A stretch of 64,000 nucleotides of DNA, taken from NCBI RefSeq assembly GCF_964355755.1, contig NC_092671.1, forward strand, positions 2,170,001 to 2,234,000, read 5' to 3'. The notes under the pieces are model-generated. The model made no database searches. It was not told the DNA's origin and worked only from the letters and a program-made list of their open reading frames with translations. A program made the translations under genes and the position numbers. This DNA comes from Antedon mediterranea. Its lineage: Eukaryota > Animalia > Echinodermata. Of the stretch, positions 51,386-64,000 are shown piece after piece. The first letter of the stretch is position 1. Every line of letters starts with the position of its first letter.

Positions 51386-51516
51386 GCTCTGTCTATACTA
51401 TCAAACTAAAAAAAGGTGTGACATGCCCAATTATGGTAGTGATATGACATCATCATGTCCATATATGGGCACATCACATTTTTTTGCCCTATAAAGTTTG
51501 ATAGTGTAGACAGGGC
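51386..51516. mobile_element. Abundant ~130-bp MITE family (TIR GCTCTGTCTACACTATCAAACT); other copies about 1-114, 737-841, 23573-23732, 40450-40544, 41389-41527, 49949-50204, 53050-53154, 57970-58062, 61867-61993, 61999-62062
   Basis: Inverted termini ...AGTTTGATAGTGTAGACAGAGC; shared core gtgatgtgcccatatatggacatgatgatgtcatatcactaccatatttgggcacatcac; TAA/TTA flanks. Confidence 0.88.
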
Positions 51517-53771
51517 TTTACAATTATAGTACATTCATCATATGGAAAGTCTCCCAAAGTACTGTAATATAAATTTAAAGTAAACATGTTATTATATAAT
51601 TGTACATGTTTTGAACTTGCACAAATTACCTAAAGTATCATTTTACATTATTAATTTTAAGTCTCAACAAACACATTTAACACAGCTGTTCTGATTGGCT
51701 GCCACTAGCTGCTGACCCATAGTAATACAACTACACCAGCTGAATGAGACGCAACTTGTAATACTAACCGGCCAACTAAAGGCATTGATATCTGGCCAAC
51801 TATAGACATTGATACCTGGCCAAGTCCATTAACAGTTTACTCATTAACAAAAACAGTGTCTACCGCTTGTGTCTACCACACTCGTTGTGGAGATGAATAC
51901 TTTGACCTACGGTACAAAGTTTTCTGCATATGGAACTTTAAACTGATGTATTATATTTTGCAGTTGAATTCATTTCAACAGGCCTATAATGCTATAAAAA
52001 AATCAGCCTATAATAATTATCTACACTGTATGTAGTATCTTATAATATTTTAAATACTATCGTTTCAAAAGATGTACATTTGTTCTTATATAATGATGTA
52101 GCACAATGATTATAAGCGCTTCACATTAGTACCCAGTCTATTTGTTTTTGGTATCAACCACGTATGGAAACGTACTCCCATAATGCAGCTACTATAGTAA
52201 TCAGTGCTAATTTTTGTACACCGGACCTACGGTTTATAGTAGTTATCCGAGAAGACAACAATGGAGCTATTTCACTGTCTTAACTCACTTCATCTTATGA
52301 GTTTTAGGGTTTAAGTACTAATATGTATAGTGTTATAGGGTTACATGGTATATATGTACAGTATGTGGTTCACTATTATTGATAGTGTTGTGTGGCTTGG
52401 GCTATTATAAATTAGTCGGACTTGTAAATTACACATTTAAATCTAGTTTACATCAACAAATACTATGTAATACATGCTGTAATTCTATCGTCTAATTAAT
52501 TATTAAGTGAACGAACTTAACTTAATTACGATGTTACACCAGTTATTTTATTTTTATGTGAATTAGTTTGTTTATTAATCATTATGACGAGTTTAAATAT
52601 AAAAGTTGTTAGAATCGTGTTAGCAGGGATATGATCATTGTCCCAAGGTCAACCACAGATTGACCTCGCAATAATCCTTTAGTATAATATGATGTTTAGG
52701 AGTACAATAATGGTTTATAAACAAAATATTACAAATACCTGTACAGTAGTAGGTTTTGGGATTATCAGGTTTGGTTTATGAAAATAACAAACATTGTTGT
52801 ACTGTAGTAGGTGTTGTTGTTATTTCCTATAATACTAGGTTAGGAAATCTACCATTAACCCCGGATTGGTACAGTATACAGTAGCATTTCAATTGTTCCT
52901 GAAAGCTAACCAAACTTTACTTTTAAAATAATCCAGAATTAAATATGATCATAGTTAGCAATTTAAAATATACTGCATTGAGGTATTTATTAAAACTGTC
53001 TTCAAAAGTCAAAGATTTAATTTTATTGATTAATAATTATTACTGATTATTGATGTCATATCACTACCACCATATTTAAGCATATCACTACCATATTTTA
53101 GCACATTACACTTTCTTTTTGGTCAAACTAAGTTTGATCGTGTAGACAGAACTTAAGATTTTGAAGAGATAACAGATACAAAAAAATGGCGTGGACAGCT
53201 TACTGTAGGTAAGGTCAAGTGTACGCAGATTTTATGTCATAAAAGGAGTCAATTTTGATTTTAAAAATGAATTAAATACAGATTACAAAATCAGTTTGCA
53301 TAATGAGAGCGTGATCATGTTGCTAAGATACAGTAGTACACAACTTCCTATCATCACTCGCAGGAACTGATCGTACATCATTAGAAATTTCTCATCTTAT
53401 CAACATAGCGTATTTTAAAATAATAATTAGATAAAATGAATAGCCCCAAGCAAGAATCATGCTAGAACATTTCCATAAGTTATTGATAATAACCAATTAA
53501 ACCGGCTTAATTCAACCAACCTAATTAGGTTTAAACTTAATTGAATTGGTATAGAACTTCATTTTGATACATATAAGATAATGGTTTAGAAGATATAATA
53601 TTCTAATATTGTAGAACTACAGTACTACATATTGTACCAATTTAATTAACAATACATACATGATAAACAATGTTTGTGTATGTACTATGTACTGTAGAAA
53701 GTTGTAACAAAAACATTTTATTGCACTATATTGGGTCGATTTGAAATTTTGTTTAAAGACTAAATGGTTAA

Positions 53772-54382
53772 AGCCCCATTCCCTACGTTTTTTAGATCTA
53801 ATTTAAGATCACAAACTATACTTAATGTAAAAATAATACTATATGGTCCTATTGCGATAACTTTTTTCGTCTTTAAACGGTTAAAAATGTGAAAAATAAG
53901 TCGATTCAAATAATTATAGCGGCCCGCTATAAATCCCAAAATGCATTGCGCGCGGATTGATATTTTTATTTTTCACCTGTAATTCGCCCACTTTTCGATC
54001 ATCGTGAGGCCAAAACAAATGGAAGACCCCTAACTTTTCAGCGAAAATACCGGGTTTTCCCCAATTTGTATCAACGGAGTCTGGCAAAAATAATGCAGCA
54101 ACTATACAACGTCAGGCTAGGTATATAGCTCGCGTACGATGTTCGTACGTTACCGATGTTTACCAGCTAGGCCTACAAAACTAAGCCTAGCTAGGCTAGG
54201 CCTAAGACCGTCCACGAGAGGTCGATCGCCGCGAGCTACTTAGGTAGTGCATTGTTTCTCACTTTTTATCATAATTTACCATAAAACGTACATTTAAGAC
54301 AAGGAATGACATGGTTTAATGTTTTTAAAGTGATATATGTATTATTTTCCAAAAAACGTCCAAAATTGCAGGGAAGGGGTCT
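53772..54382. mobile_element. TTAA-flanked non-autonomous DNA transposon (Kolobok-like), about 610 bp
   Basis: TTAA|AGCCCCATTCCCT...AGGGAAGGGGTCT|TTAA (11/13 TIR match), CpG-rich interior. Confidence 0.7.
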
Positions 54383-56289
54383 TTAAGTTTAAAAAAAAGT
54401 TATATATGTAGAATTTCTTTGCGCATAGTGTGAAACAACCACAGGTACTGAATGTTATTATGTATATACAGTATGACCCACAACACATCCCTTTTCCGAA
54501 TAATATGAAATCTCTTCCGATTAATTTCTGGGAAAAAAACGTTGGGATAGCCAATGACTGCTATTCTTATATACATCACTTTACAATTTTTATACGGCGA
54601 ATATGTAAAACACTAAACCGATCTAGATCTTTGAAGTGAAAAATGTGATTCAAAAAATATAACTATATTATCTTTATCTTAGTATTTTCCACATAAAAAT
54701 AATATTAAAAATTATAAACATTAATTACCAATTAATTATTTTGCTTTATAATAAAATTAACAAAAGGAAAGGTGTTTTATTTGAATTGCACAAAATAAGG
54801 GTGTCCACAATCATTAATTCAACAAATGAAGGGAGGCAAAGTCTGATAACACCTTGATTGGCACCAACGACTTTAAAGGAATGGCTTCCTACTATCAGCT
54901 ATCAAGATCCAATCCAATGAGCAGCAGGCTATTTTGAAAATGTTTATAAGCACATAAGATTACTACTGTATCACGCCAGAAACTACATAACGACAGGGGA
55001 CACAACTAGCATCACTGATGGTCTAGTTGCATAAGGCAACTGTTAACCTTATGCTGGACTGTCCTGGTATTTACCAATAAACACAGTTTATATGACCCTT
55101 GAACTATGACCAAAGACTACTTTATTTTTTAAATAATAATTTTATAATTTATCAATTGCGATTTTTTTCGGTTTTTGAAGGCATTTAAATTCCATATTAA
55201 TTTATTTATAAAAATAATCATTAATATGAAACATTTTCATTAAAACAATTTTCATTAGCAGTAACTGATCAATCTGAATTTTGGGTAGAAAACACCGTTT
55301 TGTGTTTCTTTTTTTGCTATATATACTGTATCATTTGATAAAAGCGTAGGAATTTTAAGGTGGTATTGTAACAAGAAGCCAAGTCACACATTTTACAGTA
55401 CAGTATTAACTGTATGTGACAAAGTTTATCTATGTGTATGCTACACATACACTATGCTACACCGGTAATCAATCATTTACAAAAACTGTAATAAATGTTC
55501 TATTTATACTATATCAACTCAGTGTTAAGCCAGTTTACTTAAGCATATTTGAGGTTCTCTCTCAGTCAGAGAAACCAAACTTACAATATTGATTGTATTT
55601 GCATATTCACTGTTGTCTTTTATAGTTCAATAATTCTTAATTTAGCCAAGAATAGCTGGCGATATTGACTCCTTGCTCTTTTTATGTTGGTTCCTGTTTG
55701 TTTAGTATCTGTTACACTATTACAATTCAACAAGCAAGTTTGAAATAACAACGTCTTTAAACAGCAAAATCATAGAAATTTGATGATAAATTCAATGACT
55801 AAATAGGTTTATAAAAGCATATGATGTGTAAATAAAGGTTTAATTTGTGTGCTTTAATGTAGGAATTAACACAATTAATGAGAACAAATTACAGAATGAC
55901 CTAGATTATTTGAAATCTAACAGACGCTGAAATGTATTTTCAATGCCAAACTTAAAATTGAAAGACATCTCATTTCTACAGAATGAACAAACTGACCTAC
56001 ATTTAAAAAGGCAATTATCATGATTAATAATGAAAGACATTTGCATTATACTGTACAGTGTTGTAGGAAAAAAGTTATAATATCAGGCCTTGCACTACAG
56101 AATACAATAAGTAAGCCTACTAAACTAGAAGAAAAAATGAAATTCCATATATGGTATTAAATAAAGTATATTACTATGACCAAATTCATTACAGTCTAAT
56201 GGCAACAGTATTATGTGAAGAGCACTCAGCATGTCAGCACAAGCGACAACTTTTGATTTTAAATAATGTTACTACACAATAAACAAACA

Positions 56290-56347
56290 GCAAATCATGA
56301 AATGAGAAACTTTACTTATAAAAGCAGTTTCTCATTTCATGATTTGC
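56290..56347. other. Perfect 22-bp inverted repeat with a 14-nt loop
   Basis: GCAAATCATGAAATGAGAAACT-ttacttataaaagc-AGTTTCTCATTTCATGATTTGC. Confidence 0.95.
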
Positions 56348-58235
56348 AAGTACAGTAGGCTGCAACGCGATCTTGGCTTACTAACGAAAACCAGAGAATT
56401 TTAGTTTTTCTTTAGAGACTGGTGGTAATATGCAAGTGGAAATTGAACTTAGCAATGACAGTTGCCGATAGGTTAGCCTTGCATTCAAGCAAAAATCAAT
56501 TATTACCATTGTTTACAGAATTCAGCAGACTGTTCACTGCTTAACTAGGTTATTAGTCCCAATCACACTCATCCATCAACTACAGTATTTTAACAAATTA
56601 ATTAATTAATCGTTTACATTTAAAATTGCTTATTATTCTTATTATTATTGTCTATCTATTGCAACCACTGTGCAAGCTCTTTTGAAGACATAGGGGGAGG
56701 GGGGACTAAAGCCTGTTTATCCCCTACCTAAATCCAGGCCTGGAAAATATTATTTGTGGAGAGGTCAATGAAAAATTTGTACTTTTCGAATTATATCTCG
56801 CTCTTTGAAAAGAAAGGGCTATTGGCGGTTTATCTAGGTAAGCTACAGGTAGGCACGAAAAAGACTATTAAAAACAATAAATATAACAATATATAAGGAC
56901 CAACTGTAAAGCGTTATCTCAAACGATTAAACTATAAATTAAAATCGAAGCTCAGTGGAATTTACACACCTCGATGCTTACACGCCCAAGAACCTTTAGT
57001 CTGCTAACACTTAGACATAGTTGCTTGTATACACAACGCAAACAAAGGCCTACAGACAGTAGGCATTGGTGGAGATAACAACATCAAAAGGTTAATATTT
57101 AATTTGCTTCAACTGAATATGATAAATTAAACGTGGTTTCATAATTGGAGTTGTTTTAATGAGTATAATGACCAAAGATTAATCGGAGTTTACCTTATAG
57201 TACCAGGACCACCCTAAAGAGAGGCCGTGAAACAGATTTTTAACAACAAAACAACAGACGTTCCAACGTAATTTCATCCTATCTCCTGATCTGAATATTA
57301 ACAAATTAATTTTTCAATCCCACGTTTTTATCAAGGTTATTTCTGTATTTAATACATAATTACATCAGGCCTTATCTTTTAAGGCGAGCGAGTGAGATCA
57401 CTCACCTAACACACTCCTAAACGGCCCTTGAGGAGTGTGATTTACAACACGCTTAATTTAGTAAACTTCTACACACCAAAATACAAACAGTACACCTACA
57501 GCACCCCTGAATGTATTGTGGAGTGCAATTTGTAGCACACCTATAATTTTCAAAAGACAAGGCCTGATTACATCCGATAATGTGCGACACACATTGCGAG
57601 CCATTTTCGTGAGGAATTTTGTGATGAGTCTAAAATATTTCAAATCTTTTTCGTTAAATTACCACTATGCAAACCTCCCAAACTTGGGGTTGGAACGTCT
57701 GGAACAACTATAAACCTATCATGCAAGTTCAATATAAATTTATAACAGTAAATGTTTGATGATGAAATTTGCAATTGAGGAAAAAACAGTTACTTCAATT
57801 CTTCTGTTTTTGAAAAAATTTACATTTGACCTTTCAAACATAAAATTACATAATTAAAGGAAATTACATTATCATAGAGGCTATTCTTTTAATGCATACT
57901 AAACTATGTACAGTACAGATCATTAGTTATGCACGGTTATTAAAAAACCATACTGGAAGAAAAGTAATGGTGGTAGTGATATGACATCATCATGTTCATA
58001 CAGTATATATGGGAACATCACATTTTTTTGTCAAATAAACTTTGATAGTGTAGACAGAGCTTAAGGCAAATAAGACTAATATTGAGCCATCCTCAATGCA
58101 TTCAGGTAAGTATCATCTATTTTGGTGGTCTACTACAACATTCCATAAGCTCAAATAAGGACATGCTGAAGAAAAATAGCCTGTACTGTACTAAAGCATA
58201 CACACAGATACAGCGTCTGGTCTACTGTACATAAC

Positions 58236-59744
58236 GCCTAAACTATTGACAGCCTACACACTATAGCATACAGTTAGTGTAGCCTAAACTATTGACAGCC
58301 TACACACTATAGCATACAGTTAGTGTAGCCTAAACTATTGACAGCCTACACACTATAGCATACAGTTAGTGTAGAAACTATTGACAGCCTACACACTATA
58401 GCATACAGTTAGTGTAGCCTAAACTATTGACAGCCTACACACTATAGCATACAGTTAGTGTAGCCTAAACTATTGACAACCTACACACTATAGCATACAG
58501 TTAGTGTAGCCTAAACTATTGACAGCCTACACACTATAGCATACAGTTAGTGTAGCCTAAACTATTGACAGCCTACACACTATAGCATACAGTTAGTGTA
58601 GCCTAAACTATTGACAGCCTACACACTATAGCATACAGTTAGTGTAGCCTAAACTATTGACAGCCTACACACTATAGCATACAGTTAGTGTAGCCTAAAC
58701 TATTGACCGCCTACACACTATAGCATACAGTTAGTGTAGCCTAAACTATTGACAGCCTACACACTATAGCATACAGTTAGTGTAGCCTAAACTATTGACA
58801 GCCTACACACTATAGCATACAGTTAGTGTAGCCTAAACTATTGACAGCCTACACACTATAGCATACAGTTAGTGTAGCCTAAACTATTGACAGCCTACAC
58901 ACTATAGCATACAGTTAGTATAGCCTAAACTATTGACAGCCTACACACTATAGCATACAGTTAGTGTAGCCTAAACTATCGACAGCCTACACACTATAGC
59001 ATACAGTTAGTGTAGCCTAAACTATTGACAGCCTACACACTATAGCATACAGTTAGTGTAGCCTAAACTACTGACAGCCTACACACTATAGCATACAGTT
59101 AGTGTAGCCTAAACTATTGACAGCCTACACACTATAGCATACAGTTAGTGTAGCCTAAACTATTGATAGCCTACACACTATAGCATACAGTTAGTGTAGC
59201 CTAAACTATTGACAGCCTACACACTATAGCATACAGTTAGTGTAGCCTAAACTATTGACAGCCTAAACACTATAGCATACAGTTAGTGTAGCCTAAACTA
59301 TTGACAGCCTACACACTATAGCATACAGTTAGTGTAGCCTAAACTATTGACAGCCTACACACTATAGCATACAGTTAGTGTAGCCTAAACTATTGACAGC
59401 CTACACACTATAGCATACAGTTAGTGTAGCCTAAACTATTGACAGCCTACACACTATAGCATACAGTTAGTGTAGCCTAAACTATTGACAGCCTACATAC
59501 TATAGCATACAGTTAGTGTAGCCTAAACTATTGACAGCCTACACACTATAGCATACAGTTAGTGTAGCCTAAACTATTGACAGCCTACACACTATAGCAT
59601 ACAGTTAGTGTTGCCTAAACTATTGACCGCCTACACACTATAGCATACAGTTAGTGTAGCCTAAACTATTGACAGCCTACACACTATAGCATACAGTTAG
59701 TATAGCCTAAACAATTGACAGCCTACACACTATAGCATACAGTT
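58236..59744. repeat. 46-bp tandem satellite, about 33 near-identical copies
   Basis: gcctaaactattgacagcctacacactatagcatacagttagtgta in tandem, no unique spacers. Confidence 0.98.
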
Positions 59745-60496
59745 AAGGCATTTACAATCAGTGTTTATAACACTATTTTATGTACGCAACTTATTTTAAC
59801 TAGTAGTACTATACGCAAACACCTTTGAGATGAAACCTAACGTTACTGAATGAAAGACGAGTGTGTGGTGAGTTTTGCATGCTTCAACGAACCCATTGAA
59901 ATCCGAGGCATTGATGGTGTTGGGGTTGTATTGGTGTAGGAAATGAACTAGAAATAAGAGCGTTTACTAATAAACAAATAACGAGTTATAAATCATTACA
60001 AAATGCAAATACAATGTCTAAATAATAGATTTAAAGTGATTGAAAAAAGCTGAATATAGATTTAGGTTAATTGCTAAATTTCTAAGTAATAATAATGCGC
60101 TTTAAAACAGTAACTATTTTAATTTAAATTTTATCTCTGTGTTTGTCTCTAAAGCAAGCTGCTCCACTCTACTTGTAATGTGTACAGACAATAGTGTTGG
60201 GAGTAAATACAGTGATAGATTCCTGCAGAGAAATTTACACTTTCATCTATAGTTAGTAAATCATGTACCTTTATAGCTTCTAATTTATAGATCCGTAGTA
60301 AAAAGTTACTGAATGCATAGCTACTGTCCATTAACAGTTTAGTTCCAATGGTGACAATAAGCAAGGAAGATTCAGAGGTGCTGAACTGGGAATTCCCACA
60401 ACCCAATCTGTCCAGTATTGCGATGCTAAACTGCGCAAACATTCATGCGCTGTGTAAATTGAAGGAAAGTGAAAGAAGGCCTACTAAGAAATGAGA

Positions 60497-60600
60497 GGGA
60501 GGAGCTCCTGTTTGGGAGGAGCTCCTGTTTGGGAGGAGCTCCTGTTTGGGAGGAGCTCCTGTTTGGGAGGAGCTCCTATTTGGGAGGAGCTCCTGTTTGG
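60497..60600. repeat. 17-bp minisatellite (gggaggagctcctgttt)x6
   Basis: Tandem; each unit contains the palindrome AGGAGCTCCT. Confidence 0.95.
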
Positions 60601-62566
60601 TCCAATTTTCCCAATTATTAGAATATACCTGAATTCATTCCCGAGAAACCCAGCCAATTACTTATTATTGTGAAAATTAAACATTGAATTGGATACAGTA
60701 CTGTACTTACTGTTGGCTTTGCCTACATTACTACTATTAGTAGTTTGTGATCTGAAATTTAAGGTGTATTACGGGATAAGTACCATCCCTAGAGTACAGT
60801 AATATGCAATAATTTATTTCCGTTGAATACTGTACTTACTATAGATAATTTAAGAGTCTTTGATAAATAAGTTGAATTGTTCTTACAAAAGTAGAGAATT
60901 GCAAATTTGTTTTAGGGTTATTCAAACTGTTGGTGGACCCTCAAAGGGTCACTTCACCTTCAATCTATACCTCCTCTTCTTTTGTTGTTTTGTTGCAAAC
61001 AATCAAGCATTGTTTGTAACGCATCAAGTTCACACAATACCAGAGTGCAATTATCACTTCTCTGTTTTCATTATTTGGAAATTTAAAATAAAACAGAATG
61101 TATTTTTAAATGTATAATCACGACTAGAAATTTACGTTTTATTTTGTAATCTAGTAATACTCAAAATTACCTGCTATACTAAAAAAATTTTTATTTTACA
61201 AGAACATTATTTTCAATATTCACCTAGCAAATAAAAAATCCAAATTGCTAGTTTCTAGGGTGATATATTAAACTCAACTTTCTTGGCAGCAGAAACAGAA
61301 AACAATTTCAATAACCGGTTAAATGGTAGCCTGAAAATAATTATCAAAAATTAATTTGGCCATGAGCACATTTTGTATTTTGGGTATTTTAAACATTCGC
61401 TGACAACCACCCATTGAGTTAAACTGTTATTTGGGAGCACAAATTTAGCAGCAATACAGTCAATACAAAATTTATTATATGGTTTATTTGGCGCTAGATG
61501 CAGTCACACCATGTGATGATAGGTTTATAATTGATATCTTTATTTACATTGACACAGAAACATCTTGATTTTAATAGTTTTGACTTCCTTAAAGTATGAT
61601 TACATAGAATTAATTGCTAACTGGAACAGGATCTTAATGACAAATACAACAATGGATTATCAGTAGAAAACAATAGGCTCATTTCTAAATGAAAGTTATT
61701 AGGAAATTGACTATTGAAGTGATGCTTAAAAAACTGTTTGCTTTACTGAATGGTTCCTACTGTAGATTGAAAAGTGTACAAAACATTCTGATATAAAGTT
61801 AATTCTTAGAATTTATTAATTTCACAATTTATGGAAATTAAAATAATGGTTGTGTAGAATACATAAGCTCTGTCCACACCATCAAACTAGTTTGACAAAA
61901 AAAAGTGCCCAAATATGGTGATATGATATGTAGTGATAATGTCCATATACGGGCATGTCACATTTTGTTGTCACATAAAGTTTGATAGTGTAGTTTAAGC
62001 TCTGTGTATATTATCAAAAAAGTGTGATGTGCCCATATAAAGTTTGATAGCGTAGACAGAGCAACCCCTATGAATAAAAACGTCCTTATATTCTTTATTA
62101 GTGGCTGCCATACGTTCCCAATTAATCACGAAGGCAATCCACTACATCAACTTTCTGTCTGTTCATAATAAATTCAAAAATAAATTGTTTTCATTTTCCA
62201 ATTTAAATTACTCAAACATACTGATAGGAGTTGACATATTTATATCTAATAACAAACACTGCGATGTCTATATAGAATATGCTGAAGTATAAATTGAGCT
62301 AGGTATTTGAAGATAAAAACCAAACGAAACTTTAGGCCCCAAGACCACAAGGGGAGTTCCCCCTGAAAGCGGTTCACCGGCTATCCAATCCTCCTCCCCC
62401 ATATCAGTCAGAGCAGAGAGAGGGTTCACCACCCTGATTAGCCTAGAAACCTAGCGACGACGGTAACTGAATAAAAACAGCACTTGATAAAGCCCTTTTG
62501 ATATCTTATACCGCATATATAATAATACAATATTTAAATCATGTTTATACCGGGGTTTATACTCAC

Positions 62567-62700
62567 CAAAAACTCACAATAAACAAATTTGGTGAATGTT
62601 AAAGCAGATATTCCACCTCTCCAGCAGTGCGGACTTGAGTTGTTCACCGCGCGGCAACAGGCTTAGTTCAGTACCACACCGTGCACTAAATAAAAGGAAA
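62567..62700 (-). promoter_or_regulatory. putative villin core promoter and non-coding first exon
   Basis: Locally GC/CpG-enriched patch; TATTTA-like box near 62687-62692 on the minus strand; strong donor TTG|gtgagtat at 62566. The ATG exon has its own acceptor, so an upstream exon is required. Confidence 0.45.
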
Positions 62701-63458
62701 GTGGGTGGAGCTGTGTACGTAAATTATATAGAGGGTGATATACTCATATGATACCTTATCACAGTTAATTTTCGAAAAATGTTTTCAAAATACGCACAGT
62801 AAATTTTGTTGATAAGCAGTACCATAAAGATGCAAGAATTGACGTTTTTTTTTTATATATTAGCCTAATATTGCTATTTTTAAACAAAAACATGAATAAG
62901 AATAATCAAATTACTAAAAATACACAAATTGAAAAAATAATCTCCAAATGATATGGATATTACTCACAACCGATATTATACGAATGATTTCAAGATTAGA
63001 TACTAAAAGAGTTGTTAATTTTATTTTCTCAAAAGAAAAAAAATGAATGAAAATCGAATGCCTGCTGATTTGGCTAAAGAAAACACGTCTTGGTCAGGTC
63101 TAATGTCGGTGAGTCAATTTCCTTTACATCCCCCCCCCCCCCACCCTTTCTAAAGGTTTCTAAAGGAGGGATACCATGGTAGTGAGTCGACACGAACAAA
63201 ATCATAAATTTTCCCTTAATAATAATTGATATAGGGGTAGAAGTGACCCACGGTCCCCTGACCAGAGAGGTGTTATATGCTTCGTCCAAAAAAGCGGTTA
63301 TCGGCCTACTTTAATAAATAATAGTCAATCACAGAGATATAATTGCACCCTCATGCGTTCGGATGATATGTGCGTCGTGTGAATGAACGCGTGCACTGTT
63401 CCGAATATAATACATTGAGAAGTCTGATTATCCCCTCTTTGTTGTACGCATCAATAAA

Positions 63459-63465
63459 TATAAAA
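63459..63465 (+). promoter_or_regulatory. TATA box upstream of IYD
   Basis: TATAAAA about 95 bp upstream of ATG 63557. Confidence 0.45.
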
Positions 63466-63556
63466 CCCCCTTTAGTATTACTAACAATAGTGGTATTTGG
63501 CTGATAGCAAGTCAATAGGCCTCTTGCTGTTTATGTGTCTATAGCATTAGTTCAAT

Positions 63557-63932
63557 ATGGACGTATCAGCTCCATTCATCGCTAACTATTGGCAGTATAT
63601 TTTAACTGTATGTATTGGAATTATCATTGTTCAATTTATTCAAAGCTTCTAAAAAAATTCTTCAACAAATCGAAGTAGTGTCGACGATAATCGGAAGATA
63701 TTCGTCGATAACGACGACGATGAAGGCTGCGTTGACGATAACGGTAACCAGAGTGTTCCAACCGATGACGATTGTGAACATATACCTTATGGTATGGTTA
63801 GATACCCTACCGATGAAATGTTGACGAGATCTAGAAATTTCTACGAAGAAATGAATAAACGGAGATCTGTACGATTTTTCTCAGATGAACCTGTGGCACT
63901 TAATGTCATTGAAAATGTTCTCCTAACGGCAG
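63557..63932 (+). CDS. IYD: Iodotyrosine deiodinase (nitroreductase/FMN family) exon 1, 3'-partial, with an in-frame TAA at 63650-63652
   Basis: MDVSAPFIANYWQYILTVCIGIIIVQFIQSF (membrane anchor), stop, acidic linker, then EHIPYGMVRYPTDEMLTRSRNFYEEMNKRRSVRFFSDEPVALNVIENVLLTA in the same frame. This matches the IYD signature FYE..NKRRSVRF.S...V...VI.NV..TAG. Donor CAG|gtaagc. Confidence 0.88.
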
Positions 63933-64000
63933 GTAAGCTAGGCCTTGGAATATAATTTGGAATTTTGACGAGTTTTGATCAAAAAATGGGTAATATTGAG

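Noticed and set aside
58236-59744. CRISPR-like array (also 17393-18262)
   Set aside because: Units are contiguous with no unique spacers, there are no cas genes, and the context is eukaryotic.
63615-63824. 69-aa ORF from the track
   Set aside because: Wrong frame; the homologous IYD sequence is in the frame of ATG 63557.

Overview
AT-rich, intron-rich eukaryotic (invertebrate metazoan, probably deuterostome) DNA; the supplied ORF track is mostly repeat-derived noise. Manual splicing shows three genes. (1) The 3' six coding exons of a small CTD phosphatase (CTDSP/SCP family, DLDET motif), + strand, 9373-19092. (2) A complete villin/advillin-like gene, - strand, ATG 49866 to stop 30512, 834 aa, six gelsolin repeats plus headpiece; likely non-coding first exon near 62.6 kb. 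(3) Exon 1 of an iodotyrosine deiodinase (IYD), + strand, 63557-63932, head-to-head with villin and carrying an in-frame TAA just after the membrane anchor. The best findings are in villin splicing: a duplicated pair of 72-nt exons (gelsolin-type VVQGKEP versus villin-type MGKEPPH) that looks mutually exclusive, with RBFOX/MBNL-type motifs, and a candidate 6-nt microexon in the headpiece linker. Also notable: CTDSP-villin microsynteny in convergent orientation, a triplicated villin C-terminus in the 3' UTR, a 5S-derived SINE, a perfect 22-bp hairpin, and a palindromic higher-order satellite interrupted by a LINE. MITEs, SINEs and minisatellites are abundant. All calls are by eye; no database searches were run.
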